Shown here: piece by piece, positions 38,095-52,200 of the stretch | How the letters are laid out: the number at the start of each line of letters is the position of its first letter | How positions within the stretch are numbered: the stretch's first letter is position 1 | Assembly: GCA_050084985.1 (NCBI GenBank) | Contig: JBITNC010000001.1 | Span: 3,968,001-4,032,000, forward strand | Source: Nageia nagi | Taxonomy: Eukaryota > Plantae > Pinophyta | Length of the DNA: 64,000 bases | Direction of reading: 5' to 3' | Notes under the pieces: model-generated | Databases searched by the model: none | Told to the model about the DNA's origin: nothing | The model's input: only the letters and a program-made list of their open reading frames with translations | Program-made: the position numbers and the translations under genes

Positions 38095-41000
38095 TGTTGG
38101 TATGTTTTTCTTTCCTTACCAAAACATGCACAAGATGTGGAGGAAACAACCTTACTTGTTTCCGCCTAAAAGGATTGGTTAGCCCAAGCGCTCACATGGA
38201 ATATGGATCCAGGCACAGTGGATAGAGATGCATGCTATTCAATCGTATACAATTGAGACTTACCGTCTAAATTCTTTTCCACAAAAGAGGAAAGATTGCA
38301 AGTGTGAACGAAAGCAAAGAAAGATCACAAATGCAAGGATAAGTAAATAAGAATGTAAAATTAAACATATGAAAATATCACCAATGATGCAACATCTCGA
38401 CAGATCAGTTCGGATTCTTTAAGAAAGATGTATTCACTTATCAAGCCTAGCAGTAAATAGCAAAGCTCAAGTTGCCACTAGATGAGAGCAAGAAGTTCTA
38501 GGGTCTATGATGGAAGACTTGTGGGAAATGAGAATGAAGAGAAATGACCAACATGTGAATACATATATTCTAGTTGAATAGCATAGAGATATGCTATACG
38601 CCACATAATACATTCACTTATGTGCAAACCATGCAATGAACAATTTGGACCACTTCAAAAGATATTCAACTTTCTTCTCTTAAAACTCTTAGTTTTCAAA
38701 GAGAATGCACTTAAGATGTAAAAACCATTCAAATTGGTAAGAAACTCTTACAAGATAAGATGCATGATCCCACAAATGACAAATTTCACAACATTTCTTT
38801 AAAGTACCATTCCAGAAGGAAATCAACTTATAAAGATACTCAGTGGCATGAACATGAGTATTCGTTTCTTTTGATTGCAAAACTCTTAGTATGTAATATT
38901 TCAAAATAAGCTAGAGATGCAACAACAATATGTAAAAAATCCTTTATGCAACGAATCCTCATATTCACAAAATCTCCTTTTAAATGGTCCGAGTGGGGTA
39001 TAAATAGACCATCAGAAGTGTTGCCCTAAAGGCATCAAATCTGATATTGTGTGCTCACATGCAACACACATATCAATGCAAAATCAGATTGTATCACAAA
39101 TAACAATGCAATTGGCATCCAAAACCGACAAAATATAAATGCCACAACCACAAAATGTCTAATCTATGCAAAATGAAATCAGACATGCTGAAAAAGTTTG
39201 ACATCTAAACCAGCGAGAGCAAAATCTCATCCTTGCACTGGTCAGATCCATAAATGAATTTGACAAATTTGATCCGGCGGGAGCAAATATCATCCTTGCA
39301 CTGGTCAAATAATGTAAAAGAAATCTGAAAGACTGTAACCATATGCATTTAACAACTGAAAAGACAATTAGAGACATAATCTACAAGTGGATCAAATCTA
39401 GGCCAGAATTGATCCGGCACCCGTGGAGTTCCACTCTTTGTTGGTGAGATTGTAGGACTATGGTCTCATACAAGAAAGCGAATGCTTTCCGCATTCCTTT
39501 GGAAATTATGCACATGGAATCTGCCTGCCTGGATGAAGCCTGCATTTGGAATCTGCAGATGACCATCTGTCTCTTGTGATGAATGGGTCTTCTTGCCTTC
39601 AATAGATTAAGATCTTCAACTTCAAGATGTTCTTGTATCAAGTTTTGGGCCTTTGCCAAGATTGCCTCTTTCTTCCGCACTTTACTATCTTCCTTTTGGA
39701 ACTTCAATTGATACACATATTGAGTCATTTGTTCTTCTACTTCCTTTCTTAGGGGTATTTTGATTTTAAGCACTGCTTGGCACTTATCCAATGCATGCTT
39801 CAGACAATCGTGCCAATACATGAACTCATAGCAGTAGACCAATTTTTCAAGTTTGTCGGCAAAGGTACGTTGCAAGTGGGTGATGATAGGGAGATAACCA
39901 TTGAGCTTCTCGAGGAGGGCTGTAATTTGGGATTTCAATTCTTTGATCTCAACACCTTGCTCAACAAGGCTACAAATTTGAGAAGCCAACTTCTCAATGG
40001 TCTCCATCATTTCCTTTTTCTAAGGAATCCTTCATCAACTCCCAACCCACATGAAATGAAGCTTGTTTCTTGCATTCTACAAGAGTGGTACTTACAGTTT
40101 GGAATTCTTTTATGATTTTTGTATTGGTTGTAAGTTCCTTCATCAATCTCCTCACCTCCTGTTTGGCCTCATAGCCTTCTTGCTCCATAACAACTATGTT
40201 CTGAGTGACTATGTGCTTCCTTGCTGGCATGCCTAGCTTTGTAGGCATCTTGAAAGTCTCTATCATACAATCTTCATGTCCTTTGGGACATTTCTCCTTG
40301 GAATAACAATGGCTAATGGAGATCTCCTTCCTACTAGTAGAAACATAAGTATCTGCTCTTTTTACCTTCTGACCATCGGAGAGCTCCTCCTCTTCGTTCT
40401 GAGTTCTTAGATCTGGATCTATATCCTCATCATGAGCCCTGCTCATGCTTAAAGCTCTCAGGCAGGCGTCCAAGTCAAGCTCTGGATGTTTGATGGTTGG
40501 TTTGGGAGGAAGTCTTTGTACCAACTCTATGCTTTTGTTTGCCTTCTTGACTTCTTTTGTTGGAGTAGATTGAATGAGGACAACTTCCTTACCTTGATGT
40601 TCATCTTGCTTCTTTTTCTTCTTTTGCTCTTTTGTTTCACCTTCATCTTCTTCATCTCTATCAGCACCTCCTAGAGATATTACTTTCCTACGGGGTTTAA
40701 GGAGATCTCTCATGGCCGGTTCTCTATGCTGGAGCCTTATGAGAAGATGGGGGTCATTTTCTTCTATGTTTTACAGGAGAGGGCTTGGAAGCGCCCACCT
40801 CTTTAGCATACTTCACTCCAACAATTTGGATGTCTTCATCACAAGTTTCTACATCAATAAATAAATCATCATCATCTGGGAGAGTATCAATCTCCATATC
40901 ATCAGGTGCAGAAGCACCTATGGCTACATTCTTTTGATCAGGGTACTCATCATCATGGTGGTTAGCATCATCATTATCATCCTCCTTCTCATCATCTTCT

Positions 41001-43316
41001 TCTTCACCATGACTCTCTTCTTCTTCTTAGCTCTCTACTTCGTCCGAGCCTTCTTCACCACTGCTTGGTTCATCATCATTTTCTTCATCTAAAGAAGAGG
41101 AGGAAGAATCGAAAGAACCGGAACTTGGTTGTAATGGGGGAACCATTCTCTTTGCATCCAGGAAGGTGAGAGGGTTTTTGTGGAGTTGGTTTTCTGATAG
41201 GGGAATCACTGGCACAAGCGTGCTCTAGTACATTCAAAGGGACATCATGGTAGCCAGCATCCCTATGATCAGCCACCTGTTGGCTTATCTTAGCTGTGTT
41301 AGCCACTACATTGTGTTTATTGGATCCCATTGAAGCATACTGTCCTAAAGTTCCTTGTCTTTTCCCAATGGAAAGCAAGGAATCCTTGACTTGTGGAGGT
41401 GTATCGCTGGCAGGAGGAGGTGTCTTGATCGTAAGTGGGACCTCTTTTGGTCTCTCTATTACGGTTCTAGGCCTTTGAGGTGTCACTCTTTTCTGCCTCA
41501 AGAGGGGCCTTATCTTTGCTCAAAAGAGCATCTATCTTCTTGATCTCCCCTTCATCACGTACATTCCCATATTTTTCCACATTTCCCAAAGATTTAAGCT
41601 TGTATATTATGGGTTTTGGAAATGCATGTTGCAAAAATGGGCACTGACACTTCTAGGATCATAACTGCTGCCTCCTTATAGAAAACATATTGGTAAAACT
41701 CCTTCCTCATACTCTTGGCCTCAACCCAAGTCTGAAAAACATAACTTGCAATGGAAATGGGCAAGTTAATAGTTGCATCTTTCTTTCTCCACACTCTTTC
41801 CTTCAAAAATAATAACTGCCTGGCAAACTCAATGAGAATAAGCCTGTCGCTAGCATATCTGGGCAGGAGAAGAGGTTGCTCTTTGGAGCCATAGACTCTG
41901 ATGTAAGTATAATCAGTATAATGCGGATAGAAATCTGCATGTACACTAATGGCCTAGATGGTTGCATCAGAAATCCTTTTGACTACCGATTCTCCTTTAG
42001 GGTAAATGTTCCACATCGGGATGCCTTTCTTGCTTAACTTTCTTTCATTTGCATGTTCGTTGGATCTGAATTTTCCCTGTAACAAAACATATAGCAAGTA
42101 GGAGTTCATCTAAAACCTCTTGAAGGAGTCCAAGTGGGCCAACTGGTGACAAGGAGCATCACTGATTACCTTGCTCCATCGTATAGCTCTCCCTGAGCTG
42201 ATCACAACAATGAAATCAGTGAATTCTTTCCTATACTTAGTATCATTTTCTTGCACTTTTGACTCCGGACAATAAAATAATTAACTTGGACACTGTAGGG
42301 ATGAATTCTTCCCTGCGAGCACTAATCAATCTCTGGCCCTCGATGCTTTGGTAATCGTCATAGAGCCAACGTCTAATATAGTCTCCAGGTCTGGTGGTGC
42401 TATCATGGAATTCCGCTGACTGGGCCAAAGTATAGTGATCTCCATATCTTTTCCAGCCAAAAACAGCTTCAATCCTTGCTGGAGAGAAGTCCATGATCAG
42501 TTCCCTTCAGAGTATAATAGAACTCTCTTATCATATTTACATCACTTGGCTACCTCGTAGCACAAGTCAGGGAAAGAAACAACAAAAGGCATCATAGTAG
42601 CATTAAATAGCCCACAGGATTGGATGATATCATCAGGTAAATCTTCTTCAGTAATACTGGCATTGGATGCAATAGTTTGGATGGGATCAATATTTCCCCA
42701 ATCATTATCTTTGACAAAAGTGAATCTCCCTTTGAATTTGGCTTCAGGGAGCTCTAGTTTTTCTCTCTCTTGAAATTCAATTTGGCTTTCTCTCAAAAGC
42801 CTCTCCATTTGATCTTCTGTAACATGTCTCTTGAAGAGTTGCTTCTGAATTTTCTTGGGTTTGGATGGGGTAGGCTTTGCCCTGGAACTCATCTTAGAAT
42901 CTGGAAAATATAACAAATAACCCAAAAGGGCCTGAATTCTGGCAAAAAATACCCAAAAAAGGTCAACTGTTTTGGATGCACTGTTATGGATCTATCTTGG
43001 AGCAATGTAAAGAACTCTAGACGTGCAGGTTCAGGCTACTAGATCGTCCTGCAAAAATGGACTGAAAAAATCCCCTTTTACAGAGGCTGCATTGAGCGTA
43101 TATGTTTGGCACATTGCATGGGTGCCACTTGTCTACTTGGTGTTTTTATTCTTGGTTCCTCAATACTTAACCAAATTTAGCTCACAATTCCTGGGGTGCA
43201 CCGATTTGGAAGGGCGCTTTTTCACAGTCTGAAAAACATGCACCTAGGTACCTTATGGAGAAACACATCACTTAGTCAATTCATCCTTGCTAGGGCAAAA
43301 TATTTCATTTGGAATG
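38095..43316 (-). mobile_element. ORF-bearing giant LTR, copy B (3' end intact, 5' part cut by a gypsy insertion)
   Basis: Minus strand ends GGAAAGAAAAACATACCAACA, like the solo-LTR end GGGAAAGAAAAGCTTCCCAACA; followed by PBS-like GCGTTTAGTGGGA (38079-38091); collinear with 49271-53600. Confidence 0.72.
39381..42892 (-). pseudogene. Accessory ORF copy B, about 1170 codons (globular N-terminus, acidic/Ser-rich linker, likely coiled-coil C-terminus)
   Basis: Starts MSSRAKPTPSKPKKIQKQLF; listed ORF fragments tile the interval and align in order with copy C. Confidence 0.85.
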
Positions 43317-45299
43317 TGTGATGTCCCATTTGGACGAATGATAAAATGTATCATGGTCACTTTGTATGCTAGTGTATGTTCATAGTCATGTTGTTCATGT
43401 GTTACTCAAGCAAGAGCTTATGGTCTGCAGACCCTACTGTGAGCCTAGCAATGGGACATCTCTGCTTGAGTAGTGATGTGTTTATTGTAATGGGTTATCC
43501 TGGATTGTGGGAATCCCAATGTGTCATGTGTAGCTCATGGGTAATCCCGGATTGTGGGAATCCCTAGGTAGATGTGAGTCATGTATGTTCAGGGTGCACA
43601 AAGGAGTGTGCCAGCGTTGGGAGGACCCAACATACCCCCGTTGGCTCAGGAGACTTCATGGACCCTCATGTCAGCCCAGGAGGCAGTTTGGATCCCAGTT
43701 CAACCTTGAGGGCCTTTATGACCCCCACGTTGGCATATTGGGCCAATGGGACCCCACATTAGCATACTGGGCCAATAAGACCCCCACGTTGGCATTGTTG
43801 ACTTGTTGACCTTGATGTTGGATTAGAATTGGCTTGGGGTGATAACGAGGCATGACGGGTTTACATGAGAAATTATATATTAAGGATGGAGCTCCATGAT
43901 GAGGTTACCACTTATCATTTACTTTCTATACTAGACCCGATTGGGCAACCCAGTATTGGTGGTGCTGAGCAATGTTCCTAGACGGCGTCTAGAGGAGTGG
44001 CAGGGTTGGGAGCTTAACATTCTACGACTTAAGTGGATCACCTAGCCCATCCGATGGAATTCCGAAGACGAGCTTCTACCTTCAGAGGTTTCCAGGATTC
44101 GAGGAGACTCCATCGCAGGAGGGGATTCGGGTTGCTGAGGGAGTGAGTCTAATCCGTTTGTATGTTCGGCTTGTGAGGTTTTGGAACCCTGGATCTATGT
44201 TTGTCCCTCCATTTGTATTTCCATTGTCTCATATAATATTAGACGGCTCATTGTGTCTCTCTTCATTGTGTTGTTCCATTGTGTGCATGCGTTGGCCCTT
44301 GAGGCATTGTATTGTTGTTGTTTCATTGTATGTTCCATGCGTTGTGATATACTAGTGTTGGGAGCTTCATACTTGTGTTACATTGAGTTGTATTGCATTC
44401 GTTGGTGCTATTGTGTTGTCCATCGTTGTTGTAAGGCATTCGTAGGGTTTGTAGGGTGTTGGAGAAGCCTTAGAGGTTGACGTCAGCATTGGGTAACCCA
44501 AGTTGGTGTGTTGAGGTGTTTGTGTGCCCTAGAGGGCAATCATTGGGTGTTTGAGAGTTGTAGAAACCCTAGTCTGAGTTGTTTTTGATTGAGGGTTAAT
44601 TTGGATCCTCACAAGTGGTATCAAAGCCAAGATCTTGCCAGCTTGAGGGGATAGAGGGCTGATCTATAGTCATAGTGAAGAAGTAGGATTACGATCCAAA
44701 GGTGTTCTGTCACTTGCTCTGAAGATATGAGGAAAAGATTCTGATGGAGGAAAGGAAGAAGCTCATTTGGTACTTAGGTGAAAGGCATGCTGACATGATG
44801 AGTAAGAAGAAGGGACGCCACATCTACCCAGACTAGACCCAGTGCACATGACACCACCATAGATTGAAATCTTGCTCCAGATCTATCATGGCATGGCTAA
44901 GGAGTTTCAGAGGGATGTCAACTTTCATGTGTACCAAGATTTGCTAGGGTATGGAGTGAACTCATGGGATGGAAACATCGTTGGGGAAGTTGGGGCTAGC
45001 CCAACCCAGACGACCGATTCAAGGGGTGATTATAAGAAAGACACAACTCGGGATCTGAAGGAGAAGGACGATCTGGAAGAGGGTTTCAAGGAAGGGGCAG
45101 CCTTGGATCTAAAAAGGAAGACTGAGCGGAAGATATCCCTCCGTTCTAGTGCCATGCATAACAGGTTAGAAATAGTCACGTAAGTGATTTCGACAAGAAG
45201 CATGGATGCCACTATCTGGAAGAAGAAGAAAGAATGGGTTTGTCTCTTCACATTGACCAAAGGAGGGCCAATGTTGGACACCGAGGAAGCCCATAAGCA

Positions 45300-48200
45300 A
45301 CCATCGAAGATTCAAGCCATTCTGGATTAGTATCCGAACGTCTTTGGGGAGATACCTAAAGGCCTATCGCCGTCACGAGGGTTTGAGCATGTGGTAGACC
45401 TAGAGGAGGGTGCCAAGCTTGTCATAGTTAACGCCATATAGGCATCCCAAAGCCTATAAAAATGAGATCGAGAAGGCCATCAAGGAGTTGTTGGATATGG
45501 GGTTCATCAGATCCACAATAGCCCTTTTGCATCCTTAGTAGTTTTGGTGAAGAAGAAGGATGAGACCATGAGGATGTGTATTGACTATCGGTTGCTAAAC
45601 AAGAAGACTATCAAGAACCGATACCCGATCCCAAGGGTAGACAAACTCATAGATGAGTTACATGGAGCCAAGTACTTCTCCAAGATTTATCTAAGGTCAG
45701 GGTATCATTAGATCTGGATGGAGGAGGATATCCATAGGACAACATTTCGATGCCACTTTGGCCACTTCGAATTCATGGTGATGCCATTCGGTTTGACCAA
45801 CGCACCTGCCACTTTCCAGTTCGTAATGAACTAGGTGTTTCGGAGGCAATTGTATGCTTTAGTATTCTTTGATGACATATTGATCTACAACAAGATGTGG
45901 GAGGAGCATTTCAAGCATTTGGAGAATGTATTGAGGATACTGTAGGAGCACGATTCTATGCCAAGTTTTCCAAATGTGAGTTCGAGATGCTGGAGATCTT
46001 GTACTTGGGGCATGTCATAAGCCATGAAGGGGTGAAAGTAGACGAACATAAGATCTCTGCTATCCAGGAGTGGCCAGTCCCTACAACCCTCACGTCGCTG
46101 AGAGGATTCCTTGGGCTATGTAACTACTACGGAAGATTTATTCATGGGTTCTCCCACTTGGCAGCACCTCATGTAGCTCACCAAGAAGGATGCCTTCGTT
46201 TGGAGTGATGAGGCACAAGAGGCTTTTAGGAAACTCAAGGAAGTGATGTGTACATGCCCTTGTTTGGCCATACCCGACTTTTCAGCCCCATTCACGGTGG
46301 AGTGTGACGCATCCAAATTGGGTATAAGGGTTGTGTTGATGCAGAACGGGCAGCCAATGGCTTTCAAGAGCAGGAAGATAACCAATGCTGAGAAAAACCT
46401 GAGTGTGTATGACAAGGAGATGTTGGCTATCATGCATGTACTCGAGAACTTCAAGCAGTATTTGGTATGTGGACCGTTTGTCATACAGAGTGATCATAAC
46501 AATTTGAAGTACTTCCTTAGCCAGACAGATCTCACCGAAAAGCAACAAAGATGGGTGAGGAAGCTGCAATCGTATGATTTTGAGATCCAGTACATCAAGA
46601 GAAAGAAGAACGTTGCCGTAGATGCCTTGTCCCGAAACCCATCATTCCATTCATTCTCTACCATCACAGCCAAATGGAAGAGAGAAGTTATGGAAGAGTA
46701 TGCACAAGATGTGTTCACTACAGGGATCCTTGACGGATCAATCAGTAACATGAGGTATGTGGTAAGGAATGGCTGATTTACTAAAGGGTGAGGATCCTCC
46801 TGACACCCACGTCTGAAGTGAGGAAGAAGGTGTTTGCATGCACTCCATAACACACCCCTCGTAGGTTGATGAGTCCAGAAAATATTCTATTATTGACATA
46901 ATATTGTTATCTAATGGGTGCATTTAAAAGGATACTTTAAGTAAGTAATAATATATATTGTATGCTTACTAGTCTAATTAGAGATAAATTATCATATTAT
47001 GTTATTTGCTAATATTTAATGTTTTATGTACTTTTATGTACTATGAGAGCAATAAAAGAGTTAAAGATATAGCTCTTTGACCAATGGTTCGAAGATGGTC
47101 CATATCAGCAATCCTTTTCTGGCTATGGAATCACAATGACTTGTTCACAACAGCTCTAGACACACTACCCTTAGCTCCGGATGAAACTCTGTTCGCTTTA
47201 GACATTGTCAAGATAGCTCCGGACAACTTTTGGTTGACCAAATGATGTCAGAATAGGGTATATACTATATCGATAGGAAGCTATTGAAACAAGCTTTCCA
47301 TTGATGTATAGATTGAAGACAACGGAGCTACCATGAAAAAGATATAGCCCCCAAAATTTGCTGTCACGTGTATATAGTAGGGTTGAAAATCAGTGTCGCA
47401 GCTAGATGCCGAACAGAGACCAAACATAGACATGTTATATATTTTCGAAAAGCTCTCGAAAAAGGGTATCGAAAAATATAAAGATATCATAGATTTGATA
47501 TATCTTGCGAATATTATGGCTGCTACAAATTTGCCCCAGCATTCAACACGTACAGTTGGAGATGATATCCTATTTTGAAGACAAAGCATTAAAGCAGATC
47601 CTACAGAGGTGGAGATTTGTTGTTATTTATTGTACACAGCCAGATTTAGAGTAACCAAGATTGGAGAACAAAGAATAGACCAGATCTGAAGATTCTCATC
47701 TTTGGGTGCCCAAGTTAGCACCATATCTTCCATCTTCTAAATATGTATTGGATTGTAATTGTGGATAGTTTGTTTTATTTGTATTGAGTCATTTTTAACA
47801 TAGTGTAGAAAGAATAAATACCTCTTGAGGGAGAGATATGCAAAAGGGAGAGATATGCAGAAGAGAGAGATATGCAAAATATAGAGATATACATAATATA
47901 AAATAGAGAGATAGAATATTGTGGGAGACTGAAATATTTTCAGTATCTATTTGTACGCAGTTGATTCATGAATAAGAGCTGATCATTTTCTGAATTTGAG
48001 TTTTGTTTAGGCACTTTGCTGGATGAAGTTGGGCCCCCTTCAACCAGTAGAGTTGCCCTTATATTTTTGTAGTAGTTATTTTCAGCAGTAGTGTGTGAGT
48101 ATCATTTTCCATTGTGCAATTCCTTTCTCGTGATTTCCATTGTCAAGGCCTTATTGCAGCTACTAGATTAGATTTTCCAATTCCTGCAATTTCAATTCCT

Positions 48201-49255
48201 GTAATTTCCATTCTTGCAATTTCCAATTATGCAACTTTGAATCTTTCAATTAAATACATAGTGAGTAGGACCAGGTTCAATTGCATACAACCTTAGGACA
48301 CCACCTGGATTTAACAAGTAATGAAAAAATTAAATGTGGATTCCCAAAACTGGTGAGAGGAAACAAAAACTATCTTGAGTGTCGGAGCATCAGCTCCTTG
48401 ATCTAACTGGTCCCTTCACAGTAATAGGTGAGAGGTTCACCAGATGAGGGTTAATGATAGACCTTGAAGTGGAAATTTGGGGGTTCATACTTGACTCATC
48501 ATAGGTCAACCAGGTGTTGCAAAGACATATCAAGCCATCAGGGAGAGATTCACGTGGAAAGGGCTCAGGCAGGATGTATTGGACCACCTGGGAGTGTGCA
48601 CATTGCCAGGAGAATAAGGATGAGTATGTGAAGCCGAGAGGATTACTTCAACCCCTGCCTATTCCCCAACAGAAATGGGAACACATCTCCATGGACTTCA
48701 TCATTGGTTTGCCGAAAGCCCAAGGTAAAGATTGCATTATGATGGTGGTTGATAGGCTCACCATGTTTGCCCACTTCTTCGCTATTACCACCACTCACAC
48801 AGTCATACAAATTGTAGAGTTGTTCTTCCGAGAAGTTTTCAGACTGCATGGCATACTGTTGAGGATAGTCAATGACAGGGACAACAAATTTATGAGTGTG
48901 CTTTGGTAAGAACTATTCTGGCTGAGTGGAACAACCCTCACCCCTAGCACAAGTTATCATCCTCAAATTGACCGATAGACATAGATTGTCAACAAGTTGG
49001 TTGAAGGGTACCTGCGTCATTATGTCACTGGCCAACAACAAACGTGGATCAAATGGCTCCACGTTGGGGAGTATTGCTACAACACTACTCATCATTCATC
49101 TATTAAGATGTCCTCCTTCCGTGCGTTATACGGATATGATCCCCATAACTTTACAGATCTGATTTTTGATGTAGAGCTCCCATGGTTAACCAGTTTTTGT
49201 AGGAATATTAGGACATCCTAAGGGTGTTGAGAGACAACTTGAGGATGGCTTAGGA
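45300..49255 (+). pseudogene. Gypsy pol (RT-RNaseH-integrase), interrupted by a solo LTR
   Basis: [46 protein letters not shown] and WEHISMDFIIGLP motifs. Confidence 0.93.
46867..48501. mobile_element. Solo LTR, 1635 bp, inserted in the integrase zinc finger
   Basis: 9-bp inverted termini TGATGAGTC/GACTCATCA; TSD TAGGT at 46862-46866 and 48502-48506; integrase reads HNTPLVG|QPGVAKTY across it. Confidence 0.92.
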
Positions 49256-49270
49256 TAGCAAACGAAGTTC

Positions 49271-52200
49271 TAAATGGCTAGGATGGGGTATAAATAGGCC
49301 ACTAGAAGTGTTGCCCTAAAGGCACCAAATCTGATATGGTGTGCACACATGCAACACACATATCGATACAAAATCAGATTACCTACATGAATCGATGCAG
49401 ATGGCACTTAAAAACCTGACAAAACATAAATGCCACAACTAACATGCATTTAATCTACCTCTAAACTACTCAAAAGTAAATAAGATATGCAATAAAGAAG
49501 TCTGACATCTGAACCGGCAGGAGTAAAACCTCATCCCTGCACTAGTTAGAACCATAAATGAGTATGATAGATTTGATCTAGGGGAGCAAAAACTCATCCT
49601 TACACCAGTCAAATCAAGTAAATAAAGTCTTGACATAATAACAACCGTCAAATATGCATTTAAACAAAAGATCAAATACTGCAGACAAAATCTATGGGTG
49701 GATAAGACCTAGGCCAGATCTGATCCAATATTGGCGGAGTTCCACTCCTTGCTGGTGAGATCGTACGACTCAATGGTCTCCTTTAAGAACGCCACAGTCT
49801 TTTGCATGTCCCTGTAAATCATGCCGATGGTGCTACCATCCTGTCCAAAATAATCATCTATCTTCTTGGACGTAGCTTGAATTTGGTGTCTCCAGATGAC
49901 GATCCGCCTCTCATGGATGATGGGATGCCCTACCTTTAGTAAGCTGAGGTCATCGATGTCAAGATGCTCCTGTATTAGATTTCGAGCCTCTGCCAATACT
50001 ACCTCCTTTCTCACATTGTTTTCCTCCCCTTGGAACTTGAGTTGATAGACATATTCACTCATTTGTTCCTTGACCTCCTTTCTCAAGGGGATTCTGATTT
50101 TTAGGGCTGCATTGCACTTTTCAAGTGTGTGGTTCAACCAATCGTGATGATAAGTGAACTCATGGCAATAGACCAACTTCTCAGGATTGTCAGCATAAAT
50201 ATGCTGCAGATGGGAGACGTTGGGAAGATGACTATTCATTGTGCTAAGGTGTGCTGAAATTTGCGCCTTGAGATCTTTGATTTCAACACCTTCAACAAGG
50301 AGCTTGTAAATTCGAGAAGACAGTCTCTTGATAGCCTCCATCACTTCCTTCTTCAGCTGCTCCTTCATCTTTTCCCATCCGTCATGGAAGGAGGTATGCT
50401 ACTGCAGATCTAAGGATGTGGTATTGATCTTTTGGAACACATAGTCGTGAGTTCCCTTTTTAATCTCTTCACCTCCTTCTTAGCTTTGTAACCTTCCTGC
50501 TCCATGATTGCAGCATTCTGAGTGACTATGTGTTTACGGGTTGTCAATCCCAGCTTCACGGGCATCTTGAATGTCTCAATGATGCGGTCTTCTACTTTCT
50601 GAGGGTGTTTCTCCTTCAAATACCAATGGCTGATGAAGATTTCTTTTCGAGAAGTGGAGACAAAAGTGTCAACCCTTTGAATCTTCTCGCCATTCGAAAG
50701 CTCTTTTTCCTCATCTTCAGAGCATAGGTCCTGGTCTATATCTTCATCATGAGCCATGCTTATGCTTAGAGCTCTAAGGTAGGCATCTAGGTCAAGATTT
50801 GGATGTTCGGTTGTTGGCTGAGGAGGAAATGTTTGAACCAACAGCCGTCCTTTGTCAATCTTCTTGACCTGTTTCGATGGAGTGGTTTGAACGATGGTCA
50901 TCTCCTTACCTTGGTGCTCTTCTTGCCTTCTCTTCTTCTGCTCCTCTGTCTCTCCTTCATCTTTTTCATCTCCTCCATTACCGCCTATAGATATACCTTT
51001 GTTCCGTGGCTAGGGAGATCTCTCATGGCTCGTCCTCTTTGTGGAGGATTTATTCAAAGAGGAAGGGGACTTCTTCCTATGCTCGACAGGAGAGGGTTTG
51101 GAGGCAGTCACCTCTTTAGCACACTTCTCTACAATGATCTGGACATCATCATCATAAATTCCAACATCCACTATCTCATTGTCATGTAGGAGAGTCTCAA
51201 TCTCCGTCTCCTCGGGTGCAGAGGCACCTATAGCTACATCTTGCTTTTCAGGGACAGCGGTAGCATCATCATCATCATCTTCTTCCTCTTCTTCGCCATG
51301 GCTTTCTGATTCTTCTCCAAAATCTTCCACTATACTGCTAGGCTCTTTATCAGTCTCTTCATCGGAAGAAGAAACGGAATGTTCAGAACTGGAACAGGAA
51401 CTTGGTTGCAAAGGGGGAACTTTCTCCCTGCATCTAGGAGAATGAGTGAGTCTGGAAGGGACCGTTTCCGTGGGTCAATCACTAGCACAGGCCTCATGCA
51501 CTACATCATCCAGCACGTTCGAGGGGAGAGCATGATAGCTAGCATCCTTGAGATCAACCACTACTACGCTGCACTTGCTAGGGCCTGGAATATGTATCCT
51601 TGGAATCTCTTGCCTCTTTCCAATAGGAAGCAAGGACGTCTTGCCTGGTGTAGATGCATTGCGAGCAGGAGAAGGAGACGACCTGATCCTAAGTGAGACC
51701 TTCGTAGATCTAAGCTTTGTGGTTCGGGGTCTTTGAGGTGGCTCTTCTGCTTGAAGGGGAGCCCTTTTCTTGCTCAGAAGAGCATCAATCTTTGAAATCT
51801 CCTCCTCATCTTGCACGTTTCGGTACTTCTCCACATTCCCTAAAGACTTATGCGGAAATGCAATGTGTTTGTGGAATGCAGTGCTGTAGATATGTGCAAT
51901 TATGCCCCTAGGATCATAGTTTTTCGCAACTGCCTCCTTGGAAAAGGCATATTGCTGTAGTACCTTCCTTATGCTGGCTGCCTCAACCCACGTCTGACAC
52001 ACGTATCTAGCAAAAGAGATTAGCAAGTTGATGGTTACATTTTTCTGCTTCTAGACTTTCTCTTTCAGGAATAAGAGCTGCTTAGCAAACTCCATGAGGA
52101 TCAGCTTGTCGTTGGCGTATCTTGGCAAGAGTAGGGGTCGCTCCTCTGAGCCATAGACTCTGATGAAAGTATGATCAGCGTTTTGTAGGACGAAATCTGC

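Larger units (their letters stand above)
43317..49260 (+). mobile_element. Chromovirus-like gypsy element: 5' LTR 43317-44613, deleted gag/protease, decayed pol, 3' end lost
   Basis: TGTGA...TCACA LTR related to element 1's LTR; PBS TGGTATCAAAGC at 44616-44627; RT, RNaseH and integrase motifs. Confidence 0.92.
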
